From NCBI RefSeq assembly GCF_000025505.1, contig NC_013849.1:1800001-1832000 (forward strand): DNA of 32,000 nucleotides, given 5' to 3'. The stretch comes from Ferroglobus placidus DSM 10642. GTDB taxonomy: Archaea; Halobacteriota; Archaeoglobi; Archaeoglobales; Archaeoglobaceae. Shown in pieces: positions 8,927 to 15,197 of this stretch. Within the stretch, counting starts at the first letter, position 1, and each line of letters opens with the position of its first letter. The notes beneath the pieces are model-generated. The model saw nothing but the letters and a program-made list of their open reading frames with translations. It ran no database searches and was not told the DNA's origin. The translations under genes were made by a program, and so were the position numbers.

Positions 8927-9224
8927 AATCAAGGACTGGCTGGAGTTCCTTAGAGTTCTATTCTTGGTGCTAACTGGACGGTGGAAGTGGAGGTTCAGAC
9001 CGTGAGATTAGAAACGTGTTACGGTTCGTTGAGGCGGGTGTTTGTCCTTGCGGTGGATTATCGTCTTCAACGTTTCGAAGGAGAGAGTTGATAAGATGCT
9101 GGATAGACTTGAGAAAGAACATTACGAATACTGCCCGATTTGCAAGAGTTGGCTGCTTGTTCTCTGGTAGTTTGACAGGAAAATGAACATAGAGGTTTGA
9201 AAGGCTATAAACCTTAGAGGAGGA

Positions 9225-9297
9225 TAGCCCCGCGGGGATTCGAACCCCGGTCGCCGGCTCCAAAGGCCGGCAGGATTGACCGCTACCCTACGGGGCT
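9225..9297 (-). tRNA. tRNA-Gln (anticodon UUG)
   Basis: The 73-nt minus-strand cloverleaf has acceptor AGCCCCG/CGGGGCU with A1-U72, the pair characteristic of archaeal tRNA-Gln. The anticodon stem CCGGC/GCCGG carries loop CUUUGGA. The T arm is CGGGG-UUCGAAU-CCCCG and the discriminator is A. There is no intron and CCA is not encoded. Confidence 0.9.
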
Positions 9298-9322
9298 TTT
9301 CAAACTTCTACTTTCGCTGACT

Positions 9323-9332
9323 AAAAATAAAG
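9323..9332 (-). promoter_or_regulatory. TATA-like box for tRNA-Gln
   Basis: The minus strand reads CTTTATTTTT, centred about 30 nt upstream of the tRNA 5' end. Confidence 0.35.
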
Positions 9333-9428
9333 TTTACCCTCCACCTTTCTCCACTTTTATAAGAGCCTGCAGCGACTAACTTCTCCAAAAAATAAACTTT
9401 TAAATACACTCTCTGGCAGTACTCCATC

Positions 9429-10757
9429 ATGAGTTTCTTCGAAGAGTATTTTGAATTTAGGAAATACAACACCGACGTTAGAACAGAAGTGTTAGCAGGT
9501 TTAACAACTTTCATGACCATGGCGTACATAATCTTCGTAAATCCAGCAATTTTGAGCGACGCAATAGGGAAAGAAGCTATTCCGAGCTTGGTAACAGCTA
9601 CAGCCCTTTCTGCTGGCGTAGCAACGATCATCATGGGGCTTTACGCCAAAAAGCCCTTCGCTCTCGCTCCCGGAATGGGTCTAAATGCGTACTTTGCTTA
9701 CTCTGTCGTCCTCGGAATGGGTTATCCGTGGCAGGTCGCTCTGGCTGCAGTGTTCGTTGAGGGAATCATTTTCATCATACTCAGCGTAACGAAGTTCAGA
9801 ACGCTCGTAATAGATGCAATCCCCGTCTCGCAAAAGTATGCGATAGGTGCTGGAATTGGGTTGTTTTTAACGCTTATAGGGATGAAAAACGCCGGGATAG
9901 TTGTCGGAAGCGAAGCGACTCTCGTCACTCTTGGAGTTGAAAACTTCGCCAAGCCGGAGTTTTGGGTGGCGATGCTCGGATTGGTAATAGCAGCAGGTCT
10001 GATGGTTAGAAGAATTCCGGGAGCTTTGCTCATAGCGATCATCGTGGCAACTATCGTGGCTGTTGCTGTGGGAGTCGCTCCCCCACCAAAAAGCCTCTTC
10101 GCTTTGCCTACTCTCGAACACACGCTTTTCAAGATGGATTTAGCTGGATTGATTAACTTCGGAGCGTTTGGAATAGTCTTCGCCTTCTTCATGGTGGACT
10201 TCTTCGACACTCTCGGAACAGTAGCTGGGCTTAGCGCAAAAGCAGGATTCATGAGAGAGGATGGATCAATTCCGGACAGCGAGAAGATTCTGCTAACAGA
10301 CGCTATAGGAACGACCTTCGGAGCTGTCCTCGGAACTTCGACCGTAACGACCTACATAGAGAGTGCTGCCGGTATAGAGGAGGGAGGAAGAACTGGACTG
10401 ACAGCATTAGTTGTGGGAATCCTCTTCCTAATCATAGGGCTTTTCGTCTCTCCGATAGCGGCGATAATTCCGGCAGCAGCCACAGCTCCGGCTTTGATCT
10501 TGGTCGGTTTTCTAATGCTGACAGTGGTGAGAGACATAGACTTCGACGATCTGACAGAAGCTCTTCCGGCATTCATAGCTCTCGTGACGATTCCCTACAC
10601 GTTCTCGATAGCTCACGGAATCGGAGCCGGATTTATCAGCTACGCAGTTCTGAAGCTCATAGCCGGAAGAGGGAGGGAAGTGCACTGGCTTCTGTACATT
10701 CTGGCGATAGTCTTCGCTATATACTTCCTCTACGAGGGAGGACTAATAACCTTCTAA
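9429..10757 (+). CDS. NCS2-family (AzgA/PbuG-type) adenine/guanine/hypoxanthine permease
   Basis: The N-terminus MSFFEEYFEFRKYNTDVRTEVLAGLTTFMTMAYIIFVNPAIL is typical of the COG2252 purine permease family. About 12-13 hydrophobic segments are visible. A TATA-like CTTTTAAATA at 9397-9406 lies about 25 nt upstream of the ATG, consistent with a leaderless mRNA. Confidence 0.9.
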   Translation: MSFFEEYFEFRKYNTDVRTEVLAGLTTFMTMAYIIFVNPAILSDAIGKEAIPSLVTATALSAGVATIIMGLYAKKPFALAPGMGLNAYFAYSVVLGMGYPWQVALAAVFVEGIIFIILSVTKFRTLVIDAIPVSQKYAIGAGIGLFLTLIGMKNAGIVVGSEATLVTLGVENFAKPEFWVAMLGLVIAAGLMVRRIPGALLIAIIVATIVAVAVGVAPPPKSLFALPTLEHTLFKMDLAGLINFGAFGIVFAFFMVDFFDTLGTVAGLSAKAGFMREDGSIPDSEKILLTDAIGTTFGAVLGTSTVTTYIESAAGIEEGGRTGLTALVVGILFLIIGLFVSPIAAIIPAAATAPALILVGFLMLTVVRDIDFDDLTEALPAFIALVTIPYTFSIAHGIGAGFISYAVLKLIAGRGREVHWLLYILAIVFAIYFLYEGGLITF

Positions 10758-10761
10758 AATT

Positions 10762-10768
10762 TTTTATA
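10762..10768 (+). promoter_or_regulatory. TATA-like box upstream of the C/D box sRNA
   Basis: TTTTATA is preceded by an A-rich BRE-like AAAA. Its centre lies about 25 nt upstream of the predicted sRNA 5' end at 10789. Confidence 0.35.
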
Positions 10769-10788
10769 CATCCCGATCAGAATTTTTT

Positions 10789-10845
10789 TGCCGATGATGA
10801 ATGATGGGCGAACTGAACAATGATGAATGGGGAGAGGCTGAGGCA
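10789..10845 (+). ncRNA. C/D box sRNA (2'-O-methylation guide)
   Basis: The layout is UGCC-g-AUGAUGA (C, 10794-10800), a 12-nt guide AUGAUGGGCGAA, CUGA (D', 10813-10816), aca, AUGAUGA (C', 10820-10826), an 11-nt guide AUGGGGAGAGG, CUGA (D, 10838-10841), then GGCA. All four boxes are consensus. A 4-bp terminal stem forms (UGCC/GGCA). The 57-nt length and 12/11-nt spacers are canonical for archaeal sRNAs. Confidence 0.8.
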
Positions 10846-10981
10846 GAATTAAAAAAGAGTTTAGTAAGAATATCGATAGTTCATTCTTCGATCGTGCTTT
10901 TTGCCGTGGTTTTCGTGGCTGCTAAGCTTTCTGGGTTGAGTTATCTCGTTTCAACTGTTCTTGCTGCAATTCTTTCTGCTA

Positions 10982-11524
10982 TCACAGCTCTTTTAAGAAT
11001 TCGTTTGAATCGATGATTTTTGCCTGAAACACGTTTTCCATGTGCTTCAAAGCGTACTCGTAATCGTAGTCGTTTAGAGCGGCGGTGCAATCCTTTATCA
11101 CGACAACCTCGTATCCTCTCAAAGCGGCATCTCCAGCGGTGTGGAGAACGCATATGTTCGTCAGAACTCCGGTAAGGTACAACCTTTTCACCTCAAGCTC
11201 CCTCAACGTCAAATCCAAATCCGTTCCGAAAAAAGCGGAATACCTCCTCTTTCTCACGACGTAATCTTCTTCTCTAACTTCAAGCTCGTCTATTATCTCA
11301 GCTCCTCTGCTTCCCGCTATGCAATGGGCTGGCCAGATTTTGAACTCCACATCGTCTTTCCTGTGCCAGTCTTGAGTGTAAATCACCGACATTTTTTTCC
11401 TCGCCTCTTCGACAACCTTTCTCAGCGGTTCGAAAATGTTTCTTATGTGGTCTCCTCCGTAGAGAGCGCCGTCGGGATAGCAGAAGTCCTTCTGCATGTC
11501 GACGACGATTAACGCGGACTTCAT
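10982..11524 (-). CDS. pncA: Nicotinamidase/pyrazinamidase (isochorismatase-family cysteine hydrolase)
   Basis: The catalytic Asp context is ALIVVDMQKDF. The metal-site context is YTQDWH and the Lys context is VVRKRRYSAF. The Cys context is LTGVLTNICVLHTA. The ORF-track start 11548 falls inside a TATA-like AAATTTTTAT, so the ATG at 11524 (MKSALIVVD), about 27 nt downstream of it, is preferred. Confidence 0.85.
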   Translation of the reverse strand: MKSALIVVDMQKDFCYPDGALYGGDHIRNIFEPLRKVVEEARKKMSVIYTQDWHRKDDVEFKIWPAHCIAGSRGAEIIDELEVREEDYVVRKRRYSAFFGTDLDLTLRELEVKRLYLTGVLTNICVLHTAGDAALRGYEVVVIKDCTAALNDYDYEYALKHMENVFQAKIIDSNEFLKEL

Positions 11525-11556
11525 ATGTGAAAATGTGAGCAATTCCATAAAAATTT

Positions 11557-11574
11557 ATCGAACAACTGTTCGAT
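11557..11574. promoter_or_regulatory. Perfect 8-2-8 palindrome ATCGAACA-AC-TGTTCGAT abutting the pncA TATA box
   Basis: Read directly from the sequence. It lies between an oligo-T run that follows the upstream ORF and the pncA TATA-like box. Confidence 0.3.
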
Positions 11575-11584
11575 CACAAAAATC

Positions 11585-11896
11585 TCACTTCTCTATCACG
11601 TTCTCCTTAACTGCAATCCTCTCAAGCTCGTCCCTTATTTCTTCGAGACTGTTCATTAAGTACTTCCAGAGATTCGGCTCGAGCTTCTCGTTTTTAGTTA
11701 TCTCTTCCCTCAACTCCTTCAACCTAATTTTAAGCCTTCTGAAAACCTCCGCGTATTCTTCCTCTTTTTCGCTTCCGTACATAATGCTCGAAAGCCTGCC
11801 GAGAATCCCTCTGAGGATTCTTATTCTTTCCTCCGGGTTTGAGGAATAATCGAAGTTTTCGAGAAGGTTGTATATCTGCTCTGAAAGAGAAGGCAT
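11585..11896 (-). CDS. Hypothetical all-helical acidic/basic 103-aa protein
   Basis: The composition looks coding and the ATG start lies 37 nt downstream of the radical SAM gene on the same strand. No motif was recognised. Confidence 0.5.
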   Translation of the reverse strand: MPSLSEQIYNLLENFDYSSNPEERIRILRGILGRLSSIMYGSEKEEEYAEVFRRLKIRLKELREEITKNEKLEPNLWKYLMNSLEEIRDELERIAVKENVIEK

Positions 11897-11933
11897 GGAT
11901 TTCAGGTGGAGTGGGTGTTATAAAAGTGTTGTG

Positions 11934-13001
11934 TCACGGGCAGATGACTATGCCCCTCGCCCACAAGCAATCTCCGCAGTTTGGAGAGTTACCGAAGCAG
12001 TCCATTTCTGTTGAGAGAGAATAGTAGCAGCCGTTCACGTGCTTACAGTCCGTGCAGGAGGCATAGAGTGAGTTTTCAACGACGTATCGAAACTTCAGGT
12101 ATTCGTCGGAGGTCCATATGTCCTCTAAACTCACCTCTCTGACATTTCCAAAAGAGAAGCTCTTAACGTCAACTTTTCTTCCAAAAATGTATTCGGCATA
12201 GTCGTGAAGCAGCCGGTAGCAAGGACAGACTTCTCCGTCCCACCTTATAACAGCGCTCCTCCTCTTCACGAAGTTGCAGCTTCTTTCGGTCCTTACTCTG
12301 AACTCTGGAATAACGTATTTAGGTCCTCTGAAGCATTTTTTAACGAGTTCATCCGCCGGATTGTTCTCCTTGCAGGGACTATACACTATCGCGTCGCTCA
12401 ACTCTTCAGACGTTGGAACGAGGTTCGAGACGATTATTTCCGCCACTCCGTACTTCCTAAGCTCTGGAAGCTTGGATAACTCGGAAACGTTTTCTTTCGT
12501 TACGACAAATTCGACGCATATCGTTGGCTTGTCTTTCCCGTACTTCTCCTTAGCTTTGTCTAAGGCTATTATGGCGTTTAAAGCAGACTCTTCATGACCT
12601 ATTTCGCTTTTAGCTGGAGGAATGCAGTCGAGGGAAACGTAAACCCTATCAACGTTCCTTTTGACGATTTCTTCAGCCATTTCCTCAACCAAGATGCCGT
12701 TCGTTGAAAACGAAACTCTGAAATTTTTTGCTAAGTCCAAAAATTCGAGAAAGTTTGGATGAACTGTTGGCTCACCTATTCCGCCGAAGAATATCTCACT
12801 CAGCTCTGGAAATTTCTCGGCTTGAAAAATTATTTTTTTAAAGAGATCTTCGTCCATAAACCCCTCTTTTTCGCTCCATTCGTTTCTGAAGCACATCTTG
12901 CATGATAGGTTACAGTAATTAGTTATCTCGACGTATATTCTTTTCAAATCGAGTTTTTTGTCAAGAACGACGTATCCTGAGAAGATTTTTAAAAAGACCA
13001 T
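11934..13001 (-). CDS. Radical SAM / SPASM-domain protein, likely tungsten-cofactor oxidoreductase maturase (Cmo-like)
   Basis: EITNYCNLSCKMCF supplies the CxxxCxxC radical SAM cluster. The C-terminal Cys-rich segment CNFVKRRSAVIRWDGEVCPC...CTDCKHVNGCYYSLSTEMDC...CGDC fits a SPASM-type auxiliary cluster domain. It is divergent from aor. The ORF-track start 13004 is a TTG; the ATG is at 13001. Confidence 0.85.
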   Translation of the reverse strand: MVFLKIFSGYVVLDKKLDLKRIYVEITNYCNLSCKMCFRNEWSEKEGFMDEDLFKKIIFQAEKFPELSEIFFGGIGEPTVHPNFLEFLDLAKNFRVSFSTNGILVEEMAEEIVKRNVDRVYVSLDCIPPAKSEIGHEESALNAIIALDKAKEKYGKDKPTICVEFVVTKENVSELSKLPELRKYGVAEIIVSNLVPTSEELSDAIVYSPCKENNPADELVKKCFRGPKYVIPEFRVRTERSCNFVKRRSAVIRWDGEVCPCYRLLHDYAEYIFGRKVDVKSFSFGNVREVSLEDIWTSDEYLKFRYVVENSLYASCTDCKHVNGCYYSLSTEMDCFGNSPNCGDCLWARGIVICP

Positions 13002-13028
13002 CAAAAGAATTTGCTTGAATAAACCATT

Positions 13029-13048
13029 AAGCTTTTCCCTAAAAGCTT
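13029..13048. promoter_or_regulatory. Perfect 8-4-8 palindrome AAGCTTTT-CCCT-AAAAGCTT between the divergent radical SAM and aor genes
   Basis: Read directly from the sequence. It lies between the two TATA-like boxes (GGTTTATTC on minus at about 13017-13025; TTAAATAA on plus at 13083-13090). Confidence 0.3.
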
Positions 13049-13110
13049 CGAGGGATGTATACAGCGGTGCACAACGAACATGTTAAATAATTAAAATTCC
13101 GAATATCACT

Positions 13111-14907
13111 ATGGAGTACACTATTTTGAGGGTGGATTTAAGTAAGGACAAGATATGGGAAGAGAAAGTTGGGGAGAAAGTAATAAAGAAGTACCTTGGC
13201 GGCAGAGGACTGGGAGTCAAAATTCTGTACGAGGAAACTGAAGCTGGGATCGACCCCTTCGGTGAGGAGAACAGGCTGATCTTCATGACTGGCTACGCAA
13301 CTGGAACTGCTGTTCCTCTAAGCGGTAGATTCCACGTCATAACGAAGTCCCCTCTAACCGGCGGAATCGGCGACAGCAATTGTGGCGGACAGTTTGGTCC
13401 GATGTTGAGGTTTGCCGGCTACGAAGGAATAGTCGTTCAGGGAATAGCCGATAATCCGGTTTATCTCTACATTGAAGATGGTCACGCGGAGCTTAGAGAC
13501 GCTTCCCACCTCTGGGGTAAGGGAACCTGGAGCACGGAAGACACTCTCAGAGAAGAGCTCGGCAAGGACATTAACATCGTCAGCATAGGTCCGGCTGGGG
13601 AGAATAAAGTTATGATGGCTGCGATAATAAACGACAAGCACAGAGCAGCCGGAAGAACCGGAGTAGGGGCTGTAATGGGGAGTAAAAAGCTGAAGGCGAT
13701 AGTGGTTAGAAAAGGAAAGAGAAAACCGGAAGTTCACGACGAGGCGAAGTTAAAGGAGGCTGTGGAAAACGTTAGAAGAATTGTCAGAGAGAGTCCCGTA
13801 ACTGGAGAAGCACTGCCAACCTACGGAACGGCTGTTCTTGTGAACATAATAAATGAAACCGGTGGTTTTCCGACGAGAAACTTCAAAACCGGAGTTTTTG
13901 AGAAAGCTAACGAAATCAGCGGAGAGAAAATAGCTGAAACGTATTTAGTTAGAAAGAAGGCTTGCTGGGGATGTATCGTAGCCTGTGGTAGAGTTACTAA
14001 GGTTGAAACGCCACCATATCAGGTCGACGGAGAAGGTCCGGAGTACGAGACCGCTTGGAGCCTTGGAGCTATGTGCGGAATAAGCGATTTGGCTGCTGTG
14101 ATCAAAGCTCACAACCTTTGCGATGACCTCGGGATGGATCCGATAAGCTTTGGCTCGACCGTGGCTTGTGCTATGGAGTTGTACGAAAACGGAAAAATAC
14201 CCGAGGAGAAGCTCGGCGGTTTGAAGCTGGAGTGGGGCAATCCGCAGACTGTTGTTGAATTAGCTTGGAGAACCGCTTTTAGAGACGGATTTGGCGACGA
14301 AATTGCCATGGGGGCTAAAAGGCTTGCCGAAAAATACGGAATGCCGGATTTGGCTATGCACGTGAAGGGATTAGAGCTTCCAGCTTACGATCCGAGAGCC
14401 TACAAAGGACATGGACTTGGATACGCGACTTCGAACAGAGGGGGATGCCACTTAAGAGCATACATGATCGCTCCGGAAGTTCTCGGAATTCCGGAAAAAC
14501 TCGATCCGCTAACCCCGGAAGGAAAGGCTCAGTGGGTGAAGATATTCCAGGATCTGTTCTGCATAGTCGACTCGATGGTCGTCTGCAAGTTCATAACCTT
14601 CGCAGTCGGAGCTGAAGAACTTTTGAGCGTAACTAATCCGATAACCGGCTGGGACTGGAACGTTGACGAATTCATGAAAGCTGGCGAAAGAATTTACAAC
14701 CTCGAAAGACTTTACATAAACAGGGAAGGTTTCGACGGAAAGGATGACACCTTGCCTAAAAGACTGTTGGAAGAACCCATGCCGGAAGGCGCAGCTAAGG
14801 GGCACGTGGTTGAGCTTGACAAGATGCTCGAGGAGTTCTACAGGATAAGAGGGTGGGTTAACGGAAAGCCAACTGAAGAAAAGCTCAGAGAACTGGACAT
14901 ACCATGA
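13111..14907 (+). CDS. aor: Tungsten-containing aldehyde:ferredoxin oxidoreductase (AOR family)
   Basis: The 598-aa protein has the N-terminal pattern ILRVDLS...KKYLGGRGLG. CWGCIVAC (CxxCxxxC) plus the distal DSMVVCKF Cys supply the 4Fe-4S ligands. GLGYATSNRGGCH and the overall length match AOR-type enzymes. Confidence 0.92.
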   Translation: MEYTILRVDLSKDKIWEEKVGEKVIKKYLGGRGLGVKILYEETEAGIDPFGEENRLIFMTGYATGTAVPLSGRFHVITKSPLTGGIGDSNCGGQFGPMLRFAGYEGIVVQGIADNPVYLYIEDGHAELRDASHLWGKGTWSTEDTLREELGKDINIVSIGPAGENKVMMAAIINDKHRAAGRTGVGAVMGSKKLKAIVVRKGKRKPEVHDEAKLKEAVENVRRIVRESPVTGEALPTYGTAVLVNIINETGGFPTRNFKTGVFEKANEISGEKIAETYLVRKKACWGCIVACGRVTKVETPPYQVDGEGPEYETAWSLGAMCGISDLAAVIKAHNLCDDLGMDPISFGSTVACAMELYENGKIPEEKLGGLKLEWGNPQTVVELAWRTAFRDGFGDEIAMGAKRLAEKYGMPDLAMHVKGLELPAYDPRAYKGHGLGYATSNRGGCHLRAYMIAPEVLGIPEKLDPLTPEGKAQWVKIFQDLFCIVDSMVVCKFITFAVGAEELLSVTNPITGWDWNVDEFMKAGERIYNLERLYINREGFDGKDDTLPKRLLEEPMPEGAAKGHVVELDKMLEEFYRIRGWVNGKPTEEKLRELDIP

Positions 14908-15179
14908 AAGTGAAGTTCAAACTTTACGCATCGCTGAGAAGAGGAAGGGGGACTGTGGAAGTAGAATTTAAAGGAAAAACGCTGAGAGATGCGTTGAGAG
15001 AACTCTTTAAAATTTATCCAGATCTGAGCGAAATTGTGGAAAGGGACAGAGTTAAGGAGTTTTACAAAATTTTCGTCAACGGGAGGGATGTGGAGCATCT
15101 CGAAGGTCTTGATACAGAGCTGAAAGAGGGAGATGAGATAGCGATCTTCCCCCCTATCGCAGGAGGTTTAAACCGATAA
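14904..15179 (+). CDS. MoaD/ThiS-family ubiquitin-fold sulfur-carrier-like protein
   Basis: The protein is 91 aa. EGDEIAIFPPIAGG is the classic MoaD C-terminal motif, but here it is followed by LNR before the stop. The ATGA overlap with the aor stop implies translational coupling. Confidence 0.8.
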   Translation: MKVKFKLYASLRRGRGTVEVEFKGKTLRDALRELFKIYPDLSEIVERDRVKEFYKIFVNGRDVEHLEGLDTELKEGDEIAIFPPIAGGLNR

Positions 15180-15189
15180 GTGCTTTCTA

Positions 15190-15195
15190 TTTTTT
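15190..15195 (+). terminator. Oligo-T run (T6) after the aor / MoaD-like unit
   Basis: The run ctaTTTTTTg lies 11 nt after the stop codon. Archaeal terminators are oligo-T tracts. The next ATG is only 3 nt further on, so read-through cannot be excluded. Confidence 0.25.
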
Positions 15196-15197
15196 GA

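Larger units (their letters stand above)
7400..9224. mobile_element. Candidate remnant of an integrated element or horizontally acquired islet next to the tRNA-Gln 3' end
   Basis: Hand-counted 60-nt samples give 35% GC (7621-7680) and 33% (8161-8220), against 50% (7201-7260) and 53% (13381-13440) outside. The content is two small wHTH/LEA-type genes, a decayed RHH gene and several CxxC micro-ORFs. It directly abuts the tRNA 3' end. No integrase or att repeat was found. Confidence 0.3.

Noticed and set aside
8970-9263. This is a 97-aa minus-strand ORF that starts inside tRNA-Gln and runs into the islet. I considered it as a possible integrase fragment fused to the tRNA, as with SSV-type integration.
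   Set aside because: It starts with a TTG inside the tRNA body and its first 13 codons are simply the translated tRNA 3' half. The rest (…LANRAVFVMFFLKSIQHLINSLLRNVEDDNPPQGQTP…) shows no tyrosine-recombinase motifs (no R..H..R..Y context). It also lies antisense to better-supported small plus-strand ORFs.
9298-9428. I considered a possible purine riboswitch or leader upstream of the purine permease.
   Set aside because: The TATA-like box lies only about 25 nt upstream of the ATG, leaving essentially no 5' UTR. No conserved purine-riboswitch junction sequence or three-way helix could be drawn.
10801-11016. This is a 71-aa ORF (MMGELNNDEWGEAEAELKK... with a hydrophobic C-terminal half) predicted between the permease and pncA.
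   Set aside because: Its first 45 nt are exactly the guide and box region of a consensus C/D box sRNA, and its last 35 nt overlap the pncA 3' end on the other strand. The hydrophobic tail could still be a ~40-aa membrane peptide from an internal GTG, so it is not excluded. As drawn, however, the ORF is most likely an artefact.
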